A DNA stretch of 64,000 bases from Pontiella sp. (GTDB lineage Bacteria > Verrucomicrobiota > Kiritimatiellia > Kiritimatiellales > Pontiellaceae), in NCBI GenBank assembly GCA_050290185.1, contig JBNKHE010000001.1, forward strand, positions 354,713-418,712, given 5' to 3'. The notes below the pieces were generated by a model that was not told the origin of the DNA, searched no databases, and was given only the letters and a program-made list of their open reading frames with translations. The position numbers and the translations under genes were made by a program. This document shows, one piece after another, positions 38,761-47,978 of this stretch. Every line of letters starts with the position of its first letter. Positions within the stretch are counted from its first letter, which is position 1.

Positions 38761-39984
38761 TCAATAGATATACGTAGCGAAGATATCATCAATCACCTCG
38801 CCTCTTTTGATCAGCAAAAACTGTTCGTCTTTTTTCGATAAGATCGGTGGTTGCCCTTTAATGAAAGGAGGTTTGTACATGGGACTGTAGGCACCAACAT
38901 TACAGAACTCTAGATAATCCCCCGGTGCTATTTCACCATTGAAGTCCCATGATAGTACATCGTCATCGATGCATGTATATCCGGTGATATCACCATTCTT
39001 AACCTGGTAGCTATTGCCTTTGTGCATTTGAATTACCTTCATGCCAGGAAGGATGCGGGATCTACCTGTCGGTTTAATATTATGCAAACTTCCATTAGTC
39101 ACAACAAAAGCCTTATCCCCAATAAACTTCACATTGTTTACGGTGCAATAGAATTTCATTGTATCGGCCACAACCATGGTTCCGGGCTCAATGATCAGCT
39201 TAACATCCTGATCAGGGAAATCTTTGATCATTGTTGCACCGATCACCCTACTATATTCCTCGAAAGAAGGTACCTTTGCAGAGAACTGCCGCAGCAACTC
39301 AGGAGGCATTTTACCAAAGAATCCGCCCCCGACATCAATATACTCGCATGGATGCTCAGCAAACACTTTTTTTGCAAACGCTATGGTCTTTTGCGTTCTC
39401 TCCGCAAAACTTTCTAATGTCTTCGTTGCTGTCTGAAAGTGACAATGCACTCCAATCGGCTTGCAGCCTTTCAAACCGAAAAGTCGTTCGTAAGCTTTTC
39501 CGGCGGAATCATCCTCCGAGTTGAAACCAAACCTGGATGTTTTTTCGCCCTCCATGCTAAAGTTGATCCTGAGCGCACAACGAATCGATTCCCTAGGTGA
39601 AGCGGAGAGGTATTCTTCCAGTACGTCTATCTCATTATCCGAGTCGAAATGCACAATGGAGTTGTTCTCAAATGCCCGGAAAAGGATCTCACGTGATTTC
39701 ACAGGACCGTTGTAGATTATTTTCTCAGGTTTATATCCAACCCGAAGAGCATGCTCGTATTCCATTTCAGATACAACCTCAGCAAATGCCCCTTGGTCCA
39801 TGGCGAGCTTGCATATTCTGGGTATGTAATTCGTCTTGAATGAATAAGCTATACCAAAGTTTGCATACTGATTTTTGAATGCAGATTCAACCTCATCTAA
39901 GTTAGAGATGAATCTTTCCTCATCGAAAACATAGAATGACTCACCGTATCTCTTTTGTAGCTCACTAAGGATTTGATTATTCAT
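38761..39984 (-). CDS. Fold-type III PLP decarboxylase (DAP/Orn/Arg decarboxylase family), non-canonical
   Basis: AYSFKTN (PLP lysine), AEVVSEME, YNGPVK, SRFGF, GVHCH, IDVGGG, IIEPG, ITGYTC, NVGAYS. Confidence 0.85.
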   Translation of the reverse strand: MNNQILSELQKRYGESFYVFDEERFISNLDEVESAFKNQYANFGIAYSFKTNYIPRICKLAMDQGAFAEVVSEMEYEHALRVGYKPEKIIYNGPVKSREILFRAFENNSIVHFDSDNEIDVLEEYLSASPRESIRCALRINFSMEGEKTSRFGFNSEDDSAGKAYERLFGLKGCKPIGVHCHFQTATKTLESFAERTQKTIAFAKKVFAEHPCEYIDVGGGFFGKMPPELLRQFSAKVPSFEEYSRVIGATMIKDFPDQDVKLIIEPGTMVVADTMKFYCTVNNVKFIGDKAFVVTNGSLHNIKPTGRSRILPGMKVIQMHKGNSYQVKNGDITGYTCIDDDVLSWDFNGEIAPGDYLEFCNVGAYSPMYKPPFIKGQPPILSKKDEQFLLIKRGEVIDDIFATYIY

Positions 39985-40936
39985 GCTTTCGATTTTCCCT
40001 AAGCTTTCCCATATGATCTTCTATTGCAGATATCTGATCCGAGGTTAACCGCAAAACATTGCCCAAGCGAAGATTCAGATCCTCTACACTTCTGTCATTT
40101 CTGCGCCACCGTCTTATTGAGGCCTTGTTTTCTATAGCGTTGATAGTCTTTTCGGGGGCAGAAACAAACTCTTCGTAACTGATGTTCAAATACCGTTCAT
40201 CGGGTAGCGCAGAAAGAGAGTCCTGAATATCCTTCTTTAGATAGAATACCTGTTCTGTAGATTGAAGAAGCGGATCTTCCTGTTTCATTATTTCTTCAAA
40301 GTTCGAAGGCTTAATGCCAAACCAATTTGAATGATTTCCGCTGTAGTTCTTGCGTGATTCGTAAGTTGATTGGACCACAAAAACATCATCCCTGTATATA
40401 TTCAAAAAAACTGCAGAAGGGAAAAGTGTGCTCAGGTTATTTATATTAGGTAGGACCTCAAGAAGGTTCTTGAATAACAATGGCTCATTGTTCACAGCCT
40501 GCCAGGCTGCAAAGTGTTTTTTAAGTAATCTAGCGTTCGCTGTTGTCAGAGAACAAGGCTTCGCATTGTTTGCTGAGCCCGGAAACCAGTGTCGCCAGAA
40601 ATAACTGAATTCATGAGGACCACCAATACCGCTTGTGGCACCAAAATTTGAGCTGAATGACATTTTTTCATCATTCACGCTCAGAGACTTCCCCAGAAGG
40701 GCTCCCAAATATGGCGCAAGCCAAAATCTGGCAATAAGATTGGAAGGGTACGATATCTTATAAAGAGAGACCAAGGCCTGTGTCAGGACAGTTGTGCCTG
40801 AACGCTGAGCACCAACAACGAATAAAATTGGATTTTCTGGACTTTCAAAATCACTGATCAAAGACTCCTCCACGCCAACAAGTCTTTCGTTCATCAGTGC
40901 CATGGCCTTTTCCAGAAGAGGATCTTTTTGCACCAT
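39977..40936 (-). CDS. PAPS-dependent sulfotransferase
   Basis: LFVVGAQRSGTT, GPHE...FW, FLNIYRD...S, ISYEEFVSAP. Confidence 0.85.
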   Translation of the reverse strand: MVQKDPLLEKAMALMNERLVGVEESLISDFESPENPILFVVGAQRSGTTVLTQALVSLYKISYPSNLIARFWLAPYLGALLGKSLSVNDEKMSFSSNFGATSGIGGPHEFSYFWRHWFPGSANNAKPCSLTTANARLLKKHFAAWQAVNNEPLLFKNLLEVLPNINNLSTLFPSAVFLNIYRDDVFVVQSTYESRKNYSGNHSNWFGIKPSNFEEIMKQEDPLLQSTEQVFYLKKDIQDSLSALPDERYLNISYEEFVSAPEKTINAIENKASIRRWRRNDRSVEDLNLRLGNVLRLTSDQISAIEDHMGKLRENRKHE

Positions 40937-40990
40937 ATATATTGCCTTCAGCTATGTATTATTACTTCGAATGTCAAATTAAACTCAGAC

Positions 40991-42031
40991 TCATCGTTCC
41001 AACAAAGCACTCACGAAATTTCCAATACCATCTACATTTATGGCTTCCTGTAGTTTTTCTGAGATCCCACGAAGATCTTTACTAATGCATTTGGTGATTC
41101 TATCAGCCAATCCACTACAAGCCATGCTTTTGGGATCCTCAATAAGCTGTGCCCATCCCAACTCATGGAGGTTCCTTGCACTTGCTGATTCTTTTTCCCC
41201 AGCTGGCAATACGATCACAGGAACGCCCAAGGAACCAAGCTCCCAAGTGGTTATTCCTCCGGAAGTGAATGCTAAATTGCTACTTAGCATTAGTGCATGC
41301 ATTCGTTTTGTGTTCTTGTGAAGCTCAATATTCAGGCTTGTTTTATCAATGAATTTATTCAGTTCTTCCTCAAATGGATACATCGCTCCGATAACAACTA
41401 TGACCTTTTCAAATTTTTTACTAATCAGGTCTAGCGCTTCCAGCACCTTTAACGTGAAGTTGTTGGGATCTGACCCACCAAATGTTAGTAAAGCAGTAAA
41501 AGCATTCTTAGCCTCCACCATAAAAGTATGTGCTTCCTTGGCCGTCGCTCTGAACTTCTCATCAAGGATAAGGTTCTGAAGCCCGAACAAACGTTTTGTA
41601 TACGGTTCTGTGCTCCATTCCAACGCTAGCGACAAAGGATTCTGATCATGGAGAATGTGCGTATAGTAATGTACATTATTATCAAAAACGATGTAGGCGA
41701 CCTTCTCAACCACCTTAAGCAGGTCTCTCTGAAACGTTTCATCATAAAAAATAGGTTGATAGCTATCGACAACCAATGCAGACCTACCTTTTCCTTCTAA
41801 TTCTCTACTAATGAACTCTACTTCAGGAAGGTTCCCATCGTTCATGACAACCTCGATACCTGATGCTTTTATTTCATCCCTAAAGTATTGAGGTAGTTCT
41901 GAGGAAAGGAAGCAAACCAATCCATTGTAAGACTTTGCCACTTCCCGGGCAATGATGAAGCATCTCCTCGCATGACCCATACCCATTACTACACTGGCAT
42001 CAGCTCTGAAAAATATTGAATCCGGGTGCAT
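40991..42031 (-). CDS. pseG: UDP-2,4-diacylamido-2,4,6-trideoxy-beta-L-altropyranose hydrolase (PseG/SpsG)
   Basis: FFRADASVVMGMGHARRC, VVDSY, LLTFGGSDP, AFTSGGITTWE. No fused GNAT domain. Confidence 0.8.
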   Translation of the reverse strand: MHPDSIFFRADASVVMGMGHARRCFIIAREVAKSYNGLVCFLSSELPQYFRDEIKASGIEVVMNDGNLPEVEFISRELEGKGRSALVVDSYQPIFYDETFQRDLLKVVEKVAYIVFDNNVHYYTHILHDQNPLSLALEWSTEPYTKRLFGLQNLILDEKFRATAKEAHTFMVEAKNAFTALLTFGGSDPNNFTLKVLEALDLISKKFEKVIVVIGAMYPFEEELNKFIDKTSLNIELHKNTKRMHALMLSSNLAFTSGGITTWELGSLGVPVIVLPAGEKESASARNLHELGWAQLIEDPKSMACSGLADRITKCISKDLRGISEKLQEAINVDGIGNFVSALLER

Positions 42032-42035
42032 TCGC

Positions 42036-43016
42036 TTAAATCGACAAATTATTTGGTATGTATTCTGTTACGGTTGAGTATCGAGACCAAATTTTTCCAC
42101 TATCGTGTTTTAACCAATCAACATCAGGTGCCCGATTGTTCCTCCAGGCCAGCAATGCAGCCGGGATATTCGCGCCCGCAGCAAGGCTAAAGATATGGGA
42201 TCCGCCAAATCTTACATTAAGGTCAATTACAAAATATTCTTCCTCACGCTTAATCACATCAACATCCATGCATCCCTGATGCCCTATTATTTCTGAAAGT
42301 TTTTTTGCAATGCTGTTTATCTCGGCATGATCGACTGTTTCCGCAATATCCGTTTCCCGAGTGCCCATGGAAATTCGCTTTCTGATAAGACTACACACAA
42401 AGTTGCCTTTCAGGTCGTTAATAACATCAATGCAATAGATATCGCCATCAATTGCAGGTTGCGCGATCCAATCATCTGAATATTCTTTCTCTTTGGCTAT
42501 TTCGATCAACGCTTGTACATCGTTAACTCTGAGCAATCCAAAGGATCCCCGGCCATGCCTTTTCTTTACGATATACTTACCTTCCTTGATGTCGTTTTTT
42601 TTAGTTAGTTCCTTAAGTGTGAAAGTATTCGGCACATTTATTCCATGACCTCCAAGAAATGATGTGTATGACTGCTTGTTCAATGCATTTTGGATCTTAT
42701 CCTTAGGTGCACCAACCAAATGACAGCCAACTTCTTTAAGCCGATCACGAAGGCCCTCAAGGACTAGAAGTTCATCTTCAAGAAGCGAGAACCACATCCC
42801 TATATTATGATCTCTGCTCACCTGTATCGCCCAATCACCATACTTCTTATCAGATAGGCACGGACTGATGATTGATCGATCAGCAGCAGTCATTGCAGCT
42901 GCATATGGATTCATATCGCTTGCCACTAGCTTTCCTTGATCACCTATAGCATTCCTGAAGGCTTCCATTAGCGGGAACTGTTTCCCTGCACACGATATCA
43001 TAACATTGTAGTTCAT
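42036..43016 (-). CDS. ATP-grasp carboxylate-amine ligase-like protein
   Basis: VMISCAG, ASDMNPYA, NK......L...GINVPNT, YIVKKRHGRGSFG, IAQPAIDG, DVD, VIDLNVRFGG. Confidence 0.85.
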   Translation of the reverse strand: MNYNVMISCAGKQFPLMEAFRNAIGDQGKLVASDMNPYAAAMTAADRSIISPCLSDKKYGDWAIQVSRDHNIGMWFSLLEDELLVLEGLRDRLKEVGCHLVGAPKDKIQNALNKQSYTSFLGGHGINVPNTFTLKELTKKNDIKEGKYIVKKRHGRGSFGLLRVNDVQALIEIAKEKEYSDDWIAQPAIDGDIYCIDVINDLKGNFVCSLIRKRISMGTRETDIAETVDHAEINSIAKKLSEIIGHQGCMDVDVIKREEEYFVIDLNVRFGGSHIFSLAAGANIPAALLAWRNNRAPDVDWLKHDSGKIWSRYSTVTEYIPNNLSI

Positions 43017-43036
43017 TCTCTGCTATTTCCTACGGT

Positions 43037-43720
43037 TTATAGCGCCAACGTTTTAAACATGAGCTCCGCCCGTATCCAGTCCTCTTCGGTATCTATATCT
43101 TGAGCAAGGTGACGGGGTAAAATAATTGGTGCCGCATCGCGGTATAGATCCGGCATTTCCAGAAATTCTTTGACGCGAGTCCAATATAACTGCCCGGCGT
43201 CATGGTAAAACTCGGGAAGGTCCTGCGAACGGGTCATCCGATATTCCGGCCATTTCATTTCCAGCACCCCGTCTTCATTGAGTTGCTGCGATCGGAGTAT
43301 AGGAAAGGGAAACGAGGTAACCGTAAACGCATTGACCACATCCTTTTCTTCTAGCAGACGATATCCTTCCTCAAGAAATGAAACCCGTACAAACGGAGCC
43401 GTTGCGTACATGCAGCACGCAAATCTATATGGCCTCCCCTCCGCAATCAGGAATTTCAGGGCATGCGCAAAAACAGCACCCGTCCCCGTAAAATCATCCG
43501 AGAGATCGGCGGCTCGCATGAAAGGTACCTCTGCACCATAGGTTCGTGCAACATCAGCAATTTCATTCGAATCGGTGGAAACAACGACTTGATCAAATAA
43601 CCCGGATTTCTTGGCTACCTCAATCGAGTATGCAATTATGGGCTTTCCGCAAAATTCGCGTATGTTCTTTTTCGGAATGCGTTTGCTCCCGCCTCGCGCG
43701 GGAATGATGCATACGTTCAT
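43037..43720 (-). CDS. pseF: Pseudaminic acid cytidylyltransferase
   Basis: IIPARGGSKRIPKKNI, VSTDS, CMYATAPF, RSQDLPEFYHDAGQLYW, QDIDTEEDW. Confidence 0.92.
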   Translation of the reverse strand: MNVCIIPARGGSKRIPKKNIREFCGKPIIAYSIEVAKKSGLFDQVVVSTDSNEIADVARTYGAEVPFMRAADLSDDFTGTGAVFAHALKFLIAEGRPYRFACCMYATAPFVRVSFLEEGYRLLEEKDVVNAFTVTSFPFPILRSQQLNEDGVLEMKWPEYRMTRSQDLPEFYHDAGQLYWTRVKEFLEMPDLYRDAAPIILPRHLAQDIDTEEDWIRAELMFKTLAL

Positions 43721-44892
43721 GAAACCACCTCGTGCACAGCGTCAACAACCTGCGCCACATCACTATCACTCATAGCAGGGAAGAGCGGCAATGATAGACA
43801 ACCTTCATAGAAGGTCTCAGCATTTGGACACTTTCCGAAGGCATAGCCATATTTATTGCGGTAGTAGGATTGAAGATGAACTGGAATATAGTGCACCTGC
43901 GTACCGACTCCCCTCTCCATCAGATCCTTCATTACCTGAGCTCGGGATTTTCCAATGCTCGGGAAATCAATCTGCACAACGTAGAGATGCCACGCGACAC
44001 GGCCACCCGAAACGGAACAAGGAGTTTGCAGGTTGTTCAACGTCTGGAAAGCCGCATTATAGGAATCGACGATTGCCTGGCGCCGCGCAATGAATTCTTC
44101 GAGCCGCTTCAGCTGGGAACAGCCAAGTGCACATTGTAAATCCGTGATACGATAGTTGAAACCGGGTTGTTTCATTTCATAAAACCACGGTTCCTCCGGG
44201 CGATTGCGTTCCATGCCATGGCTCCGGAATACTCGGCAACGTTCCGCCAACGCATCGCTCTGGGTTAAAATTGCCCCGCCCTCACCAGTCGTAAGGGTCT
44301 TGACAGGATGAAAACTAAAGGTCGTCATGTCCGCCCATGGGTGTGAGCCCACGGAATAAACTTTACCGGTATGTTCGATCCGACTGCCCAATGCGTGGGC
44401 GGCATCTTCGATTATCATCCCTCCCCGAGCACGGGCAACTTCGGCAATCGCCGGCATATCGCATGGGCGACCTGCAAAATCGACGGCCACCACAGCCTTG
44501 GTATCGCCGGACCATGCCGCTTCCAGCGTCAAAGGTGAGATATTTTGGGTTTCCGGGTCGATGTCGACAAAGTCGGCAATCGCTCCAACATATTCAGCGC
44601 AGTTGGCTGATGCTAGAAAAGTATTAGGTGAAGTAATCACTCGGTCTCCCTCACCAATACCGGCAGCCAGCATTGCTACATGCAAGGCCGCCGTTCCATT
44701 CGAAACAGCAATGCAATGTCTGGCCCCCGTATAGTTGCACAGCTCGTTCTCGAAACGTTCAACTGATGGACCGCAAGTCAACCAATCGCCACGCAACACA
44801 TCCACAACGGCATGAATGTCATCTTCAGTGATTGATTGCCTTCCATAAGGGATTATTCTCAATTCCTTACTCCGGGTTAAAGTCGACATCAA
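43717..44892 (-). CDS. pseC: UDP-4-amino-4,6-dideoxy-N-acetyl-beta-L-altrosamine transaminase
   Basis: IPYGRQSI...DWLT, SNGTAALH, EDAAHALG, SFHPVKTLTTGEGG, GFNYRITD, QVHYIPVH. Start uncertain (possibly TTG 44862). Confidence 0.92.
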   Translation of the reverse strand: MMSTLTRSKELRIIPYGRQSITEDDIHAVVDVLRGDWLTCGPSVERFENELCNYTGARHCIAVSNGTAALHVAMLAAGIGEGDRVITSPNTFLASANCAEYVGAIADFVDIDPETQNISPLTLEAAWSGDTKAVVAVDFAGRPCDMPAIAEVARARGGMIIEDAAHALGSRIEHTGKVYSVGSHPWADMTTFSFHPVKTLTTGEGGAILTQSDALAERCRVFRSHGMERNRPEEPWFYEMKQPGFNYRITDLQCALGCSQLKRLEEFIARRQAIVDSYNAAFQTLNNLQTPCSVSGGRVAWHLYVVQIDFPSIGKSRAQVMKDLMERGVGTQVHYIPVHLQSYYRNKYGYAFGKCPNAETFYEGCLSLPLFPAMSDSDVAQVVDAVHEVVS

Positions 44893-45904
44893 CGTATGCT
44901 GCTATTTTTACCCTCAATGTTTCCACGGTCTCCCACTCTTCATTCTCTCCGGAATTGTAAGAGAAACCTTCTGGCACCTTAGTGCCGGAATGGTTCTTCA
45001 GGTAATCTTCCTCCGTATGTTTATATGAAACCGTGGGTAAAATTGCATAATATGGGCCAATATCGATGGTACTGAGCGAATCGGTCGAAGTAATCATCTC
45101 CTCATGCAATTTTTCACCCGGTCGGATGCCGACAACCTCAACCCTGCAATTCGGAGCTACAGCCTTGGCTACGTCAAGAATGCGATACGATGGGATTTTT
45201 GGGATGAAGATTTCACCTCCGAGATGATTCTTCAACGCGTAAAGTACAAGTGTAGCGCCTTCCTCCAGCGATATATTGAAACGAGTCATATTTTCATCGG
45301 TAATAGGTAACACGCCCTCCTTCCGCTTTTCCATGAAAAAGGGGATTACCGAGCCGCGCGATCCCATTACATTGCCATAGCGAACCACGCTGAATCGGAT
45401 ATGGTGCTTGCCGGCAATGTTGTTCGCCGCACAGAAGAGCTTGTCAGAAACCAGCTTTGTCGCTCCATACAGATTGATTGGTGCGCAAGCCTTGTCGGTT
45501 GACAGGGCAACAACACCTTTTACATCGGTGTCAAGACAGGCCTCGATCACGTTCTTGGCACCATCCACATTGGTCTTGATACACTCGCCCGGATTATATT
45601 CAGCGGTATCGACTTGTTTGACTGCTGCAGCATGAATTACATAGTCTACACCAACCATCGCACGCCGCAGACGAGCTGCGTCGCGTACATCGCCAATAAA
45701 GAAGCGTAGTCGTTTTTGCTCCTCCCCCGAATACTTCGACTTCAACATAAACTGCTTATACTCATCGCGACTGTAGATTACTATGGTGCCCACCCTGCTG
45801 TGGCGTAGAAGTATTTCCGTCAGCTTCTTCCCAAGCGAACCCGTCCCCCCGGTAATCAATACTCGAGCATTCGCCAACCATCCAAAATCCAAATCAGTGT
45901 CCAT
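44867..45904 (-). CDS. pseB: UDP-N-acetylglucosamine 4,6-dehydratase (inverting)
   Basis: ITGGTGSLG, YSRDEYKQ, HAAAVKQV, LSTDKA, NLYGATK, RYGNVMGSRGSVIPFF, GIRPGEKLHEEM. Confidence 0.95.
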   Translation of the reverse strand: MDTDLDFGWLANARVLITGGTGSLGKKLTEILLRHSRVGTIVIYSRDEYKQFMLKSKYSGEEQKRLRFFIGDVRDAARLRRAMVGVDYVIHAAAVKQVDTAEYNPGECIKTNVDGAKNVIEACLDTDVKGVVALSTDKACAPINLYGATKLVSDKLFCAANNIAGKHHIRFSVVRYGNVMGSRGSVIPFFMEKRKEGVLPITDENMTRFNISLEEGATLVLYALKNHLGGEIFIPKIPSYRILDVAKAVAPNCRVEVVGIRPGEKLHEEMITSTDSLSTIDIGPYYAILPTVSYKHTEEDYLKNHSGTKVPEGFSYNSGENEEWETVETLRVKIAAYVDVDFNPE

Positions 45905-45969
45905 TTATTCGTCCTCGTTGCCTTCGCCACAAACAGAAAATATACGGTCTCCTCTGTTCTGCAAATAAC

Positions 45970-47223
45970 TTATGTTTTAAACTTTAACCGAAACATCACT
46001 GCGAGCCCGACAATCAGAGCACCAGCATTGCACCCACCAAAAACAGCCACTAATTGCCATGAATTCCCATGGAAAAACATCGCTGCGGCAAGATACAAGA
46101 CGGCAAAGGGCACGATGGCGAAAGCGGAGAGAAAGCGATGCTGTGCCACCAAGAACTGAAGGATTACATTCGACAAGGCCGTGGTGCCCATGATCAGCGA
46201 CATGATTCGGATCATTTGCTCGAGATAACTGGATACCTCGCGGATGCCGAACAATATCCTGGCAAGCAGTGAGGCGAAAATGCAACATCCCAACACCGAC
46301 ACCAATACAAACAAAGCAGTATATCCAAAAGATCGAAAGAAAACCTTTAACTGATGTTCATTAATACTATTGCGGGAAGCCACCTTAGGGAACATGGCAG
46401 CCACTATCGCTCCAGGAAGAAAAACCACCATGCGACTCAGCGTTGCCGCATAGGCAAACTCTGTATCTTGAGGCACATAGTGCTTGATCAGGACCACATC
46501 GGCGGTCATTAAGACAACATAGGCCGCCTGAATAAGAAAGCTTTGCAGTAAGTAAAACCGCATGCTGGGCAGCGGAAGATTACTGGTCTGGGTGCCACGC
46601 AATGCAATGATAAGCCCTAGAACTAAAACACCGCTTGCCATATAAATCCCCAAGCCATGGCCCAGCATGGCCCAGCCGCAGGCCGGGTAGAGAAACCAAA
46701 CAAAACCAGCACCCAACCCCAAACGGGTCAGGGCTCCGGATATATTTGCAGCCGAACTCCATCGGAACAGCTGCAAACCCTGGACAGAGCCTCCAAGCAC
46801 CGGAATAGCAAACAACGCAGGAAGGACGGCCCCCATAACCACAACGGGGGCGACACGCTCCAGATGGAAAAAGTGCGCCAATGACGAGTTGAATATTAAC
46901 ACCAGCATCCCTAATAAAAGTGATGGTCCACCTGTAAGAAGCAACCACTTGCGTAGAAGTCGTTTTATGTCGCCTTCTCTGTCTTCCTGTCGAAGAATGC
47001 TGCTGTAGTAGCTCAAGCCGCTGCGTAATGTACCCAAGGGGCGCTGAATCATGGCAAGCACGCCGAGGAAGGCTGCTACCAGCACATATTCATCCTTGGG
47101 AAGAGCGCGGCCGATAGCCATTTGAAACAAGATGTTGCTGATATGGACAACGATCATTCCTGAAAAAAGAATCGCAGAATGGCGTATCAGCTCATCCGAT
47201 TTAATGGATTTCCATATCTTCAT
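45970..47223 (-). CDS. Wzx/MOP family oligosaccharide flippase
   Basis: About 12 TM segments; DVVLIKHY...YAYAATLSR...AMFPK pattern. Confidence 0.82.
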   Translation of the reverse strand: MKIWKSIKSDELIRHSAILFSGMIVVHISNILFQMAIGRALPKDEYVLVAAFLGVLAMIQRPLGTLRSGLSYYSSILRQEDREGDIKRLLRKWLLLTGGPSLLLGMLVLIFNSSLAHFFHLERVAPVVVMGAVLPALFAIPVLGGSVQGLQLFRWSSAANISGALTRLGLGAGFVWFLYPACGWAMLGHGLGIYMASGVLVLGLIIALRGTQTSNLPLPSMRFYLLQSFLIQAAYVVLMTADVVLIKHYVPQDTEFAYAATLSRMVVFLPGAIVAAMFPKVASRNSINEHQLKVFFRSFGYTALFVLVSVLGCCIFASLLARILFGIREVSSYLEQMIRIMSLIMGTTALSNVILQFLVAQHRFLSAFAIVPFAVLYLAAAMFFHGNSWQLVAVFGGCNAGALIVGLAVMFRLKFKT

Positions 47224-47978
47224 CTATGTAGCCGTTTCTGGATTCGATTATATAGCACGACTACACACCGGAAGGGGGAATACACCAAGCGGAGCCGTAT
47301 CAATGCCAACGTCATGTCGGCAGAGGCTTTCGCCACGCGTATCTTCGATCCTGCGGCATCACGCCAAACCGTTGGAATTTCAATAATCTTGTATCCACTC
47401 AAACGGACATGGAAAAGCATGTCTACATCGAACGCCCAGCGCGTGATGCCCAAATCGGGGAGGATTTTTTCAACAACTTCTTTTTTGAAAAGCTTGGCGC
47501 CGCACTGGGTGTCGTGGACGCGAAAACCGAAGAACAGGTTGACCATGAAGTTGAATATGCGAGAGGCGATCCTACGCGATAACGGTTGCTTTGGTTCAAC
47601 GATCGAACCCTTTATCCAACGCGAAGCGATGATACACCCAGCGCCGCCTATGTTATCCACCAGATCGCAAAATGCCTCTGGGGAGGTTGAACCATCCGCA
47701 TCCACGAATCCCACAAGATTACCTTGGGCCTCGCGGAATCCCAGCATCACCGCCCCGCCCTTGCCCACTCGGTGCGGTTCATTGATTACGGATACAACGG
47801 GATGTTTTTTCGCAAACTGATCGGTCACCTGAAAGGTGTTGTCGGTTGAACCATTCACCACCACGATGATTTCCACATCCTGCCCAAATTTACCGGCATA
47901 GTAATGCGTATAGGACTCCAGCACGGGAGGTAGACGCTGTTCTTCGTTATGGGCGGGAATGATGATCGAAAGTTTCAC
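47220..47978 (-). CDS. GT2 polyprenyl-phosphate glycosyltransferase (Dol-P-Glc/Dol-P-Man synthase-like)
   Basis: SIIIPAHNE, VNGSTDNT, GKGGAV, FVDADGS, ASR, DTQCGAKLF, WAFDVD. Confidence 0.9.
   Translation of the reverse strand: MKLSIIIPAHNEEQRLPPVLESYTHYYAGKFGQDVEIIVVVNGSTDNTFQVTDQFAKKHPVVSVINEPHRVGKGGAVMLGFREAQGNLVGFVDADGSTSPEAFCDLVDNIGGAGCIIASRWIKGSIVEPKQPLSRRIASRIFNFMVNLFFGFRVHDTQCGAKLFKKEVVEKILPDLGITRWAFDVDMLFHVRLSGYKIIEIPTVWRDAAGSKIRVAKASADMTLALIRLRLVYSPFRCVVVLYNRIQKRLHR

Noticed and set aside
38761..39984. Housekeeping lysA
   Set aside because: YSFKTN variant, AT-rich composition and position inside a sugar operon argue for a specialised paralog. DAP activity is not excluded.
37636..45904. 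Flagellin glycosylation island
   Set aside because: No flagellar genes in the window; neighbours are flippase and GT-C genes.
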